64,000 nucleotides of DNA from Candidatus Poribacteria bacterium (GCA_965205025.1 CBDBFU010000012.1:64001-128000); one strand, 5' to 3'. Counted from the stretch's first letter, positions 41,514 to 52,115 are shown. Numbers and translations are program-made. Notes: generated by a model not told the origin, from the letters alone.

Positions 41514-42485
41514 ATGAAGTATCTTGTCACCGGTTGTGCTGGTTTTATTGGTTGGAAAGTTACAGAATTCCTCATTGCTGATGGACATACCGTAGTAGGA
41601 ATTGATAATATAAATGATGCCTATGATGTATCGGTTAAGAATTGGAGACTGGCACAACTACAGGAATTATCCAACTTCCATTACAATTGTTTAGATATCT
41701 GTGACTCAAAAACTCTCGAGCCACTGTTTGCACAAGAATTTGATGCAGTGATTAATCTTGCCGCACGTGCAGGTGTCCGTCAATCAGTTGAAAACCCTTG
41801 GGTATATATAGATACAAATATCACTGGTACGTTAAACCTACTTGAGTTATCAAGGGTTAATCACGTCAATAAGTTTATCCTTGCCTCCACTTCAAGCCTA
41901 TATGGATCGAAAAATCCTCTACCATTCAATGAGGAAGCAGATACCAACCGTCCACTATCTCCTTATGCAGCTTCGAAAAAAGGTGCAGAAGCACTCTGTC
42001 ATAGTTATCACCATCTATATGACATTGATATAACCATATTTCGGTTTTTTACTGTCTATGGTCCAGCTGGACGTCCGGATATGAGTGCATTTCGTTTTGT
42101 AAAATGGATTAGTGAGGGACATCCTGTAACTGTCTATGGGGATGGCAAACAATCCTCTCGGGATTATACCTATGTAGAAGATATTGCACGGGGTGTTATT
42201 GCTGGATTGAAACCACTTGGGTATTCAGTAATCAATCTTGGTTCAGATAGTCCCATCGTCTTGATTGATACAATTAGACTGATAGAAGAATTGGTAGGTA
42301 AGAAGGCAGAACTTTCACATCAACCATTCCATCCGGCTGATGTACGGGCCACATGGGCGGACATTAAAAAGGCAGAAAGACTTTTAGGTTGGTGTCCGCA
42401 GGTATCGTTTCGTGATGGGATAACTGAGTTGGTGAAGTGGTATCAAACACATCGGTCTTGGGTAAAAGATATCCCAACTGATTAG
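41514..42485 (+). CDS. NAD-dependent epimerase (UDP-glucuronate 4-epimerase-like)
   Basis: VTGCAGFIG, LAARAGVR, SPYAASKK, RFFTVYGPAGRPDM. Confidence 0.93.
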   Translation: MKYLVTGCAGFIGWKVTEFLIADGHTVVGIDNINDAYDVSVKNWRLAQLQELSNFHYNCLDICDSKTLEPLFAQEFDAVINLAARAGVRQSVENPWVYIDTNITGTLNLLELSRVNHVNKFILASTSSLYGSKNPLPFNEEADTNRPLSPYAASKKGAEALCHSYHHLYDIDITIFRFFTVYGPAGRPDMSAFRFVKWISEGHPVTVYGDGKQSSRDYTYVEDIARGVIAGLKPLGYSVINLGSDSPIVLIDTIRLIEELVGKKAELSHQPFHPADVRATWADIKKAERLLGWCPQVSFRDGITELVKWYQTHRSWVKDIPTD

Positions 42486-43042
42486 GCTGCGAATAGAAGC
42501 TCCACTGCTTTTTGTAATGCTTTCTCATCTAAACTCAATTTTGCCAGTTCGACTTCCTTCTTCACATAAGTAATAGTATTGTCTAAATTCATAGGGGTTG
42601 CAATATCTTGAAATATCTTATGAAGACGTTTCACATCCGTTTTCTTAATTCCTGTCTGTGCTTCTATCCGAGTATGCAATTCCGTTGGAGATTCAGGGGG
42701 TTTCTCAATTACTTTAGGTTCAGAATTTGAAGATTGTGAAGAATTCTGTTTCTTTGTAGTTCCGGACCGTTTTCTTGTAGTGGTCTTTTGAATCTTTCCT
42801 GCTTGTATTGATTTGATACTACATTCCTTGCACAAATTAGCTGAAACATCTGCTAAAGTTATCTTTACGATGAGTTCGCTAATTGAACCACAGAGATCAC
42901 ATTCCGTCAGACTTTCTATACTTGATAGAATTTCTGACTGAAGTAGGAGCATTTTCTCTTTATCTGTTTTTGTTGTCTTCTCTTTTTGACATAAAACTAT
43001 CAGTTTTTGTGCTGTTTTTTGAATGTTATCTAAATTTCCCAT
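42482..43042 (-). CDS. Hypothetical protein with CxxC...CxxC zinc-binding motif
   Basis: CDLC and CKEC followed by a K/T/S-rich linker; GGAGG RBS. Confidence 0.65.
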   Translation of the reverse strand: MGNLDNIQKTAQKLIVLCQKEKTTKTDKEKMLLLQSEILSSIESLTECDLCGSISELIVKITLADVSANLCKECSIKSIQAGKIQKTTTRKRSGTTKKQNSSQSSNSEPKVIEKPPESPTELHTRIEAQTGIKKTDVKRLHKIFQDIATPMNLDNTITYVKKEVELAKLSLDEKALQKAVELLFAA

Positions 43043-43133
43043 ATTCTTCCTCCATAAATGTAATATTAATTATAACACTTATGGATATTATTGTCAAGTA
43101 GGTAGTAAATATCTAATTAATGAATATGCTATT

Positions 43134-44696
43134 TTACTCATTATCCTTATATAATTTATACTCAAAACTCTCAATCAATGCTTCAAAACTTGCGGAAATT
43201 ATGTTCTCAGAGACACCTACTGTTCTCCAGCTTCTTTCCCCATCTCCAGCTTCAATTAACACACGTACCTTCGATCCTGTTCCTGCTTTGGTATCTAATA
43301 CCCGAACTTTATAGTCAATCAATCTAACTTTCTGTAATTCAGGATAAAACTCCTCAAGAGCTTTCCTAAGAGCCGTATCAAGTGCATTTACAGGACCATC
43401 ACCATCTGCTGCAGTATGTGTAGTTGTGTGATCTGGTGTTGTAACTTTTACCGTTGCTTCTGAACGCATGGTATGGTCAGTAAACTTCTCAATAATTACA
43501 CGAAAACCGAGTTGTTCAAAAAAGGATTTATATCCGTTAAATATTTTATGGGTTAATAATTCAAATGATGCTTCAGCCGCCTCATATTGGTATCCTTCAT
43601 GTTCAGCCTCTTTTAAAGTATTGAAAAGTTCTAATACCTGTGGAGAATTCTTATCAAGATCAGGATATTCTTTCTCAATTTTTTTCATGATTGTACCGCG
43701 TCCTGACTGGTCTGAGACAAGAATACGTTGGCTATTCCCTACCTTCTCAGGTTCAATATGTTCATAAGTCAGTCGATTCTTCCGAATTGCATCTATATGC
43801 AATCCACCTTTATGTGCAAATGCTGACCGACCAACATAGGCTTGTCTTTCATCATGAGGTAGATTTGCTAACTCACTAATAAGTCGTGATACATCTGTAA
43901 TTCTTTGAAGTTGTTCATCACTAATACACTGTATTCCAAGTTTAAGCTGAACTGTTGGGATGATAGACGCCAAGTTAGCATTACCACAACGTTCACCATA
44001 CCCGTTGAATGTCCCCTGAACATGATTTGCCCCCGCTTGTACTGCTAAGACAGAATTTGCAGCTCCCATTCCCGCATCATTATGTGTATGTATACCAATC
44101 GGTAATGAGAAAGAATTTAGAGCAGCTTTGACTCCTTCCTGAATTTCTAATGGCAACCTACCTCCGTTTGTATCACACAGAACAAGACATTTAGCACCAC
44201 CGTCTGTTGCAGCACGTAAAGTTTCAATTGCATAGACGGCATCATCTGCATGTCCATCAAAGAAGTGTTCAGCATCATAGATAACTTCACGTCCATTATC
44301 AACCAGAAAACGGACCGAACTCTCAATTAACTCTAAGTTCTCTTCTGCGGATACTCGTAACACATCAGTTGCATGGATACGCCAAGATTTACCAAAAATA
44401 GTAACAGTTCTTGCTCCAGTGTCCAGCAGAGCAGATAAATTTGGATCGGCATCAGGAGAATAGGTTGGATATCGTGTACTACCGAATGGCACAACCGTTG
44501 CTGTTTCTAACTGCATATCCTTAGCACGTTTAAAGAATTCTATATCTTTTGGATTGGATCCTGGATAACCACCTTCAATGTAACGAATACCTAATTTATC
44601 CAACTCATCTATGATGATAAGTTTGTCTTCAACTGAAAACGCTACACCTTCTGCTTGGCTACCATCTCTGAGTGTTGTATCATAAAATTCTACCAT
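43134..44696 (-). CDS. cimA: Citramalate synthase
   Basis: YDTTLRDGSQ, EGGYPGSNPKD, YDAEHFFDG, HTHND, GYGERCGNANL, DYKVRVL. Confidence 0.95.
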   Translation of the reverse strand: MVEFYDTTLRDGSQAEGVAFSVEDKLIIIDELDKLGIRYIEGGYPGSNPKDIEFFKRAKDMQLETATVVPFGSTRYPTYSPDADPNLSALLDTGARTVTIFGKSWRIHATDVLRVSAEENLELIESSVRFLVDNGREVIYDAEHFFDGHADDAVYAIETLRAATDGGAKCLVLCDTNGGRLPLEIQEGVKAALNSFSLPIGIHTHNDAGMGAANSVLAVQAGANHVQGTFNGYGERCGNANLASIIPTVQLKLGIQCISDEQLQRITDVSRLISELANLPHDERQAYVGRSAFAHKGGLHIDAIRKNRLTYEHIEPEKVGNSQRILVSDQSGRGTIMKKIEKEYPDLDKNSPQVLELFNTLKEAEHEGYQYEAAEASFELLTHKIFNGYKSFFEQLGFRVIIEKFTDHTMRSEATVKVTTPDHTTTHTAADGDGPVNALDTALRKALEEFYPELQKVRLIDYKVRVLDTKAGTGSKVRVLIEAGDGERSWRTVGVSENIISASFEALIESFEYKLYKDNE

Positions 44697-44932
44697 GCAT
44701 TTCTCACAGCAATTATTGGTTATGTCCTTGAAAATATAGATCTGAACATCTATAGGTTATACCAAAATTCGGTGTCTCCTTTTTTATATTTAATGCGAAT
44801 TTTAACATAGGAATTTTATCACATATTGGTGTTAAAGTCAATATTATTGTTAGTGAAGATCAGTTCATATATAGTAAGTATTACTCTATGTTTTACTTTC
44901 TTATTCAAGCGAATTATGATAATATTACATAT

Positions 44933-46199
44933 ATGAAATCACTTACTTTTCTACCGATATTATTAATATTTTTACTCACAAGTTGTAGTATTCTTAGTAA
45001 GAAACCTGTTGAACCACAGCCACCAATAATCACCATAGATCCGGTTGATAAACTACAGGAAGATATCAATACAATATTACAGGATGACCTATTCAAATCA
45101 GCAAGTATAGGTATTAATGTTATGTCAACTAAAACTGGTGAGAGTCTTTATTCAAAAAACTCTCTAAGATTACACCATCCTGCCTCTACAACAAAACTCT
45201 TTACTGCAGCTACAGCATTGGTAAAGCTTGGAACAGATTTTCAGTTTGAAACTACACTCTACATTGATAAAAATGCTGAATCTCGTACAACTAATAATAT
45301 CTATCTTAAAGGAAAAGGTGATCCATTACTTGGAATTGATGATATTGAAAAATTAGTAGTGGGATTTGTTAAATCAGGAGTCAAGTTTATAGAGGGAGAT
45401 ATTATCGTTGATGAATCATATTTTGACACTGTTCGTGAAGGACCTGGATGGATGTGGGATGATAAACCCTTCCAATTAAGTGCTTTAAGTATAAGAAGTA
45501 TTGAACCTGAGAATAACATGGGTAGTAGAGCAATTGCTTGTGGACACATTTTGAAAACAAAAATTAATAGAAAATAGGATCTCTATAGGTGGAAAGGTGA
45601 TCTCAGGAAAAGTCCCCTCAAATGCTATAAAAGTAATTCAACATTTATCACCACCCCTTGGAGATATAATTAGATTAATGAATAAACCGAGTGATAATTG
45701 GATAGCAGAATTTCTATTCAAGGCAATCGGGGCAGAAGTTAAAGGGGTTCCGGGGACCTGGAGAAAAGGTAGGGAAACAATTACTGAGTTTTTAGATGAG
45801 ATATTAACTGAACCACCATCACATAGATTCGTTGATGGATCCGGTCTTTCACGTTACAATCTTGTTAATTCGGAGTTGCTCTCACAGCTGCTGATTTACA
45901 TGCATAATCAATTTGAAATAATGCCTGAATTTTTATCCTCACTCCCTATCGCAGGTGTTGATGGGACATTAAGAAATCGGATGCAAGGGATGTATGCAGA
46001 AAAGACATTACGTGCCAAAACGGGAACTCTTAGTGGCGTATCTGCTCTGGCAGGATATACTGTGACAGTTGAAGGTGAAGTACTGGCTTTTGGTATCCTA
46101 ATTAGTCATTATATTGGTTCGTCAGCAAGGGCACGTGGAATTCAGGATCAGATTGGGAGTCTACTGACTGAATTTAAGAGACTTCCAAAGACAAAATAG
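44933..46199 (+). CDS. dacB: D-alanyl-D-alanine carboxypeptidase/endopeptidase PBP4 (apparent +1 frameshift at A5, 45559-45563)
   Basis: Lipobox LTSC, PASTTKLFT (SxxK), PSDN (SxN), DGSGLSR, AKTGTL (KTG), split across two ORFs. Confidence 0.9.
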
Positions 46200-46328
46200 A
46201 GTAGTGAATATTTGGTAGGCATTACATCAAATATCTTAGCGAAACCCATCCTACAAAAGCATTCACGGGTGTAAACATAATAGATAAGAAACGGAATCTA
46301 AATAACCTTTATTATTCACAGTTTTTTC

Positions 46329-46357
46329 TTGACATTTAAGCTTTTTCCCGATATAAT
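46329..46357 (+). promoter_or_regulatory. Consensus sigma70 promoter of the TA operon (second weaker one at 46412-46440)
   Basis: TTGACA-17 nt-TATAAT exact; downstream TTGACA-17-TGTAGT. Confidence 0.8.
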
Positions 46358-46501
46358 ATTGATGTAATTTTGGAACCGCAGTGAAAACGTAGTTTTCGGT
46401 TAATATTTTTCTTGACACTAATATTTTTACATGGTGTAGTAAACGTCATTCTATATGGATCGTTAAACAATCATGATAGAGGAAATTTGAAGGGGTAAAT
46501 T

Positions 46502-47191
46502 GTGTCAACCGATAAACAACGTACACCACATATCACACCAACGTCGGATCAAGTTGAATTAGACACTGCGTTTGAGGACGCTGGTGGATTGACTCCAGTT
46601 GAATACCAAAAGCCTGCTCCCACACATATTCCAAAAACGGTAAGTGCATCTCAATCGTGTGCTGCAGCGGTGAGTGCATTGGTTGATGTTGTTGGGCGGA
46701 ACGAAAGTCAACTTTTATATTCATTGACCCGTAACGATTTTCAACAACTTGCTGAAGCTTTAGAGACCTTAAAAACTATTGTTGGTGGAAATGAAAGTCA
46801 TTTACTAACTCCATTGATGAATTCCATTGATGCCTTCATTGAAAAATGTGAAAACGACATTGAAGAGGGTAATAGGGAGGAATTTGGTATGAAAACCCGA
46901 AATTATCCTATGGGTCATGACATGTCCAAACCACATCGTCCTGAAAAGGTTGGTCGTCCCACGACGCGCCCCCGCGTAAAACTCGCGGACCTCTTAGCAC
47001 AAGAAGCTAATATGACTGGATCCAATGATGCGGTGAATAGGAAACCTTTTAAACTGCATCGTCCTGAAAAGGTTGGTCGTCCCACGACGCGCCCCCGCGT
47101 AAAACTCGCGGACCTCTTAGCACAGGAAACTGATGATACCACATCCGGGGAGGTAGACACCGGACCACCGGTAGGTAATGAAATATGGTAG
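46502..47191 (+). CDS. Atypical antitoxin with MazE-like C-terminus and internal duplications
   Basis: RVKLADLLAQ twice and terminal EVDTGPPVGNEIW; overlaps the start of the mazF gene. Confidence 0.7.
   Translation: MSTDKQRTPHITPTSDQVELDTAFEDAGGLTPVEYQKPAPTHIPKTVSASQSCAAAVSALVDVVGRNESQLLYSLTRNDFQQLAEALETLKTIVGGNESHLLTPLMNSIDAFIEKCENDIEEGNREEFGMKTRNYPMGHDMSKPHRPEKVGRPTTRPRVKLADLLAQEANMTGSNDAVNRKPFKLHRPEKVGRPTTRPRVKLADLLAQETDDTTSGEVDTGPPVGNEIW
46934..47124 (+). repeat. Exact 68-bp intragenic direct repeat
   Basis: 46934-47001 = 47057-47124 (123-bp period). Confidence 0.95.
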
Positions 47192-47547
47192 CATCGACTC
47201 CGTACGACCCGGAATACGTACCGGTACGAGGTGACGTTGTATGGATGGATTTTGATCCTCAAGCCGGGAATGAAACCATGAAGCGACGTCCTGCTCTTGT
47301 TCTATCCTCTTCAAATTTTAACTACTATCGAAAGGTTGCTGTTGTTTGCCCAATTACCAGAACTGCCAGAACAAGTCGTTTTGATGTTATTATCCCAGAA
47401 GGTCTTGCAGTGCATGGTGTAATTCAGGCAGATCAATTTAAGTGCTTTGATTGGTATGCAAGAAATGCTATTTTTGAGGAAGGGATGCCAGATGAAACAG
47501 TGGAACAAGTTTCCGATATAGTTGAAGCAATTATATGGGCAGATTGA
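47185..47547 (+). CDS. mazF: MazF/PemK endoribonuclease toxin
   Basis: YVPVRGDVVWMDFDPQAGNE..KRRPALVLS, VCPIT, ADQFKCFDW. Confidence 0.93.
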   Translation: MVASTPYDPEYVPVRGDVVWMDFDPQAGNETMKRRPALVLSSSNFNYYRKVAVVCPITRTARTSRFDVIIPEGLAVHGVIQADQFKCFDWYARNAIFEEGMPDETVEQVSDIVEAIIWAD

Positions 47548-47696
47548 GTTCTACCATCTTCAAAAGTAGATATAGTAGAAGTGGTATCCATAAATACATA
47601 GATACATCCCCACCCCAATACTCCTAAAAAAAATGGCAAATACACGAAAATATGTGATATTCTCTATTCTTTTCAGACATATTATCAAGAAAAACT

Positions 47697-49439
47697 GTGA
47701 ACGCAGAAACTCTCATTAAAATTATAGAAGACCTCAATAATCCTGAGACAACTGAAACAGTTGAGAATACAATTGAGCAGTGGCGTGCCGTGGCTACTAT
47801 TACCGAAGAAATAGACACTGAACTCGCTTCTCACGCTTGGTTTTCCGTTGGATCCCTCCTTTCAGAAAGTGATAGAAAAGAAGAAGCACTTCCCGCCTAC
47901 GATAAAGCCTTACATATAAACCCAAATAATGCCAATGCTTACAACGATAGAGGGTCTACAAAGTCTCTACTCGGCCAGCTTGAAGAAGCAATATCTGACT
48001 ATGATGCTGCAATACACCTTGACCCAAAGTATACAGATGCTTATTACAATCGCGGTATTGCAAGAAATGAACTGAAGCAATACGAGGCTGCAATTACCGA
48101 CTATGACGAAGCGATCCGCCTGAATCCCGATTATGCAGATGCATACTACAATCGTGGATGGGCAAGAAACGAATTAGAGCAGTATGAAGCAGCTATTGCT
48201 GACTATGACGAGGCAATACACCTAAAACCCGATTATACGGACACATACTATAACCGTGGTATCGCCAAAGGTGAGCTAAAGCAGTACGAGGCTGCCATTG
48301 CCGACTATGATGAGGCGATACGCCTAAAGCCTGATTATACAGATGCATACTACAATCGCGGCGGCGCGAAGAACGAAATTTATCACCATGAAGCAGCCAT
48401 CCTTGACTATGACGAAGCCCTCCGTCTGAAGCCTGACTTTGCCGATGCATATACCAACCGAGGCGTTGCAAAATACAATTTGGGACGATACGAGGCTGCG
48501 ATTGCTGACTTTGATGAGACAATTCGTCTTAAACCAGATGATGCCGAAGTCTATTCCAACCGAGGCTATGCAAAGAGCCAAATTCACCAATTTGAGAACG
48601 CAATTGCAGATTGTAATGAAGCCATTCGGTTAGATCCAACTTTAGCAGTAGCCTATAATAGACGCGGGATTGTGAAAAGCCGGTTAGGACAGCATGAGGC
48701 TGCCATTGCTGATTATGATGAAGCACTTCGACTAAGTTTGGATGGTGTTACTTATTATGCCCGAGGATATACAAAAGTTCAGATTGGGCAATACAAGTCT
48801 GCGATTGCTGATTATGATCAGGCAATACGGCTCAGAACACCTAATGATGCACTTGTTTATAACAACCGGGGGCTTGCGAAAGGACGGTTAGGCCAATATG
48901 AGTCAGCGATTGCAGATTATGATGAGGCAATACGGTTAGATCCCAGTGCCGGACGATATTATAACCGAGGTTTTGCCAAAGAGGAACTTGGACAGCACGA
49001 AGACGCTCGTAAAGATTATGAGCAAGCTGTCACTCACTATGATGAACAGATTAGCCTTAAGCCAGATAATGCTACCGCTTACAATAATCGGGGGCTTGCA
49101 AAGATACGATTAGGCGAATTTAAGTCTGCAATTCCGGACTTTAATGAAGCAATACGGTTGAAAACTGATTTTGACTCAGCTTATAACAATCGTGGCAGAG
49201 CAAAAAATGGGTTAGGGCAATATGAGTCTGCACTGATTGACTGTAATGAGGCAATAAACCTCAAATCTGATAATGCTTTTGCCTACAAAGACCGAGGAGT
49301 TGCGTATACCGGATTGGGGCAAGTTCAGGAAGCAAAAGCAGACTATCAAACCGCGCTGAAGTTGTTAGAACAGGTCCGTAATGAAAGTCTCAAAGTCGAA
49401 GTAGAGGAATTGCTCCAAGAACTTGAAAACACCAAGTAG
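47697..49439 (+). CDS. Long TPR-repeat protein
   Basis: About 14-15 34-aa repeats of AYYNRG.A...L.QYEAAIADYDEAIRL.PD, with 102-bp DNA periodicity. Confidence 0.95.
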   Translation: MNAETLIKIIEDLNNPETTETVENTIEQWRAVATITEEIDTELASHAWFSVGSLLSESDRKEEALPAYDKALHINPNNANAYNDRGSTKSLLGQLEEAISDYDAAIHLDPKYTDAYYNRGIARNELKQYEAAITDYDEAIRLNPDYADAYYNRGWARNELEQYEAAIADYDEAIHLKPDYTDTYYNRGIAKGELKQYEAAIADYDEAIRLKPDYTDAYYNRGGAKNEIYHHEAAILDYDEALRLKPDFADAYTNRGVAKYNLGRYEAAIADFDETIRLKPDDAEVYSNRGYAKSQIHQFENAIADCNEAIRLDPTLAVAYNRRGIVKSRLGQHEAAIADYDEALRLSLDGVTYYARGYTKVQIGQYKSAIADYDQAIRLRTPNDALVYNNRGLAKGRLGQYESAIADYDEAIRLDPSAGRYYNRGFAKEELGQHEDARKDYEQAVTHYDEQISLKPDNATAYNNRGLAKIRLGEFKSAIPDFNEAIRLKTDFDSAYNNRGRAKNGLGQYESALIDCNEAINLKSDNAFAYKDRGVAYTGLGQVQEAKADYQTALKLLEQVRNESLKVEVEELLQELENTK

Positions 49440-49449
49440 AATCGATTAA

Positions 49450-50220
49450 CTACGAAAATTCCGGTGGCGGTTCACCAACAGCAGACCTTCCATCCTTCAA
49501 CACAGGTTCAGCATTACCCCATAGACGACTTCCATCACTTGAAAGTAGCGGTTCAGCAGAATATTGTGCTAAATAAGCTCTCCGCATGTTCTTAGTTGAA
49601 TTCGTACCACTACAGTGGAAGTTGACACTTGTAAAAGCTACTATACTCCCAGCAGGAACAATTGCAGGTACACCTTTTTCCGGTCCAAAATATCCAACAA
49701 GATCATTACTTTCTTCTTCTCTGATATGTTTCACCCAAGAACGGATACCTATATGTGAATATGGCATAACATAAACCGTTCCATTCTCTTCAGACATATC
49801 ATCTAAAGCACACCAACATGTCAAATATGGTCTATGATCCGGATAGCCTACATATCCTGAATCTTGATGCCAACTAAACTTCATACCTTCTTCAGCACCT
49901 TTGACGACATACTGTTCCCAAAAAAGATATGCAGTATCACCTAATGCAGCACGACAGACTTCTGCCATTAAATCACTGAATAGAAAATCTCGGAGTTTTG
50001 GTTGTTGTCTAAAACAATTGGAAACAAAATAACGTTTGTTTTTATGATTTAATCCTATTACATCCTTCTTTTCTTGCTCCATACGAGCATCCATCTGATT
50101 AATAAATGTACCACATTCTGCACGTAACAGTTCTAAGAGTGGATCTGGAATCACACTTTCTAATATAAAATAACCTTCCTCTTGATACTGTTGTTTCTGT
50201 TGATCAGTTATATTGACCAA
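49450..50220 (-). CDS. PhyH-family dioxygenase
   Basis: EEGYFILE, SWHQDSGY, TCWCALDD, FHCSG. Confidence 0.92.
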   Translation of the reverse strand: MVNITDQQKQQYQEEGYFILESVIPDPLLELLRAECGTFINQMDARMEQEKKDVIGLNHKNKRYFVSNCFRQQPKLRDFLFSDLMAEVCRAALGDTAYLFWEQYVVKGAEEGMKFSWHQDSGYVGYPDHRPYLTCWCALDDMSEENGTVYVMPYSHIGIRSWVKHIREEESNDLVGYFGPEKGVPAIVPAGSIVAFTSVNFHCSGTNSTKNMRRAYLAQYSAEPLLSSDGSRLWGNAEPVLKDGRSAVGEPPPEFS

Positions 50221-50230
50221 ATCAATACTC

Positions 50231-51364
50231 CTATTCTATCATAATCTTGCGAGTAATTTGTCCATTACTTTCCCAGTAGGTGTGTTTATCAGTAATATGT
50301 GCTGAATCACCTTCAGGTTGGATATTTCCCATGGTATCAATTGATCTGGATACGATGGTATGTGTACCTGGAGAAGGGTTATGCCAATTGTAATGCCAAA
50401 CCTTCCAAGCAAATTCCGCATCCTCAACGGTATCAATTTCAGCAGTTTGCCAAGGTCCACCATCAATACTAACTTCAACAGTTTCTATAGGAGCACCCCA
50501 TGCAGCTCCATAGATTCTGTATTCATCTCCAAGTCGTGTAACCTTTGCGGGAATAGACTTCAATTGTGTTTTACCTACTGATGTTTCCATCCAAACCGTT
50601 TCACCATCAGGACGGGTTTCCTCCCGTATAGTTACATAGTCACGTGCCATAAATCTACCCATAAAACGTCTATCTCGTATATCAATCCTTTTTAACCACT
50701 TCACACATGCAATGCCATACCAACCAGGGGCAATTAACCGTAAAGGTGCTCCATTCTTATGTGGCAGGGGTTCTCCATTCATCTCATAACAGAGAATATG
50801 TGATTCTTGTAATGCTTCTTCAACTGACATACTCCGTGCAAAATTCTGTTTCATTTTTACATCACGAATCTCTTCTTCACCCTCATCATGTCCAAAAAAG
50901 ATCACTTCAATACCATCATCTTTTATACCTGCTTTTTTGAGGATTGGTTTGAGTGGGGTTCCTCCCCATTTTGCATTCCCAATCGCTCCAGTAAATGTTG
51001 GAAACCCATGGTTACCTGAACATTCTAATGTGTAGGTTACTTCCGTTTTTGGTAAGGTTTTAATCTCTTCAATAGACAATGTAATAGGATTTTCTACCAA
51101 ACCACTAATTTCTAATACCCAGTTAGCACGTTCAGTCTCATCAATTTTCGGTACTCCATAGTGAGAGACATTAAAGAAGTCCTTGTTTGGAGTAATGAAT
51201 GAATCAAATTTGTGCCAATCAAGACCACGGTTTGATTTTGGTTCATCTATGAATGGTATAAGTACTTCCCCTTCTCGGTTAGGGAATGCATAAACTGCCC
51301 AAGGACTTAATAGAAAACCTGTAAGGGTTAATCCTGTTTTTTGTAAAAAATGTCTACGATCCAT
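50231..51364 (-). CDS. Tat-exported sulfite-oxidase-family molybdoenzyme
   Basis: RRHFL Tat signal, LECSGN, YEMNGEPLP..NGAPLRL..PGWYG..VKWL, C-terminal dimerisation domain. Confidence 0.92.
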   Translation of the reverse strand: MDRRHFLQKTGLTLTGFLLSPWAVYAFPNREGEVLIPFIDEPKSNRGLDWHKFDSFITPNKDFFNVSHYGVPKIDETERANWVLEISGLVENPITLSIEEIKTLPKTEVTYTLECSGNHGFPTFTGAIGNAKWGGTPLKPILKKAGIKDDGIEVIFFGHDEGEEEIRDVKMKQNFARSMSVEEALQESHILCYEMNGEPLPHKNGAPLRLIAPGWYGIACVKWLKRIDIRDRRFMGRFMARDYVTIREETRPDGETVWMETSVGKTQLKSIPAKVTRLGDEYRIYGAAWGAPIETVEVSIDGGPWQTAEIDTVEDAEFAWKVWHYNWHNPSPGTHTIVSRSIDTMGNIQPEGDSAHITDKHTYWESNGQITRKIMIE

Positions 51365-51373
51365 AAGAATACT

Positions 51374-52115
51374 CTATCCTTTCATCGCTGCGACATAATT
51401 GAGGTTAACCTGTTTCCAATTAACAACGTTGCTCCAGGCATCAATATAATCTGCCCGTTTATTCTGATACTTCAGATAATATGCATGTTCCCATACATCA
51501 AGTCCGAGGATAGGAGTGTGACCATCCATCAAAGGACTGTCTTGATTCTTTGTAGAATATATCTGAAGTTTCATCTTATCATCAACAACGAGCCATGCCC
51601 AACCAGATCCGAAATGTGTTTTTGCTGTTGAAGTGAATTTCTCTCTTGCTGCATCAATTGAACTAAAAGTGGATTGCAGTGCATTCCGCAACTTTCCCAG
51701 ACAACTCCCTACCCCCTGCAATCATTGTACTCCAGAAGAGTGTATGGTTGGCATGTCCACCACCACTATTGATAACAGCTTGTCGAATATTCATTGGGAC
51801 TTTATCAATATTTCGAAGTAAATCTTCAATTGATTGGTCAGATAAATCATGATTATCACCTACTGCCGCATTGAGTTTATTGACATATCCCTGATGATGT
51901 TTGCCATGATGGATTTCCATAGTACGTTTGTCAATATACGGCTCAAGTGCATCATATTGATAACTAAGCTTGGGTAATTCATAACCATGAGTGTGGTCAT
52001 GTTCTTGTTGTTCTGATTTTTCATGACTATCTGCATAAAGATGTAATGATTTGGTAGTCAGAAATATACCAGCTAAAACTGTGCTTCCATTTATAATAAA
52101 ATTTCTTCGGTTCAT
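51374..52115 (-). CDS. sodA: Tat-exported Mn/Fe superoxide dismutase (apparent +1 frameshift near 51694)
   Basis: NRRNF signal, [38 protein letters not shown], split across two frames. Confidence 0.92.

Noticed and set aside
46915-48726. Antisense ORFs over the TA and TPR genes, and other short overlapping ORFs in the track
   Set aside because: Shadow frames of real, often repetitive, genes.
47900-49300. Diversity-generating retroelement template/variable repeats in the TPR gene
   Set aside because: No reverse transcriptase in the window, and differences between repeats are not adenine-specific.
45559-51700. Programmed frameshifting or phase variation in dacB and sod
   Set aside because: The runs are only 3-5 nt, with no slippery heptamer or stimulatory structure; sequencing error is simpler.
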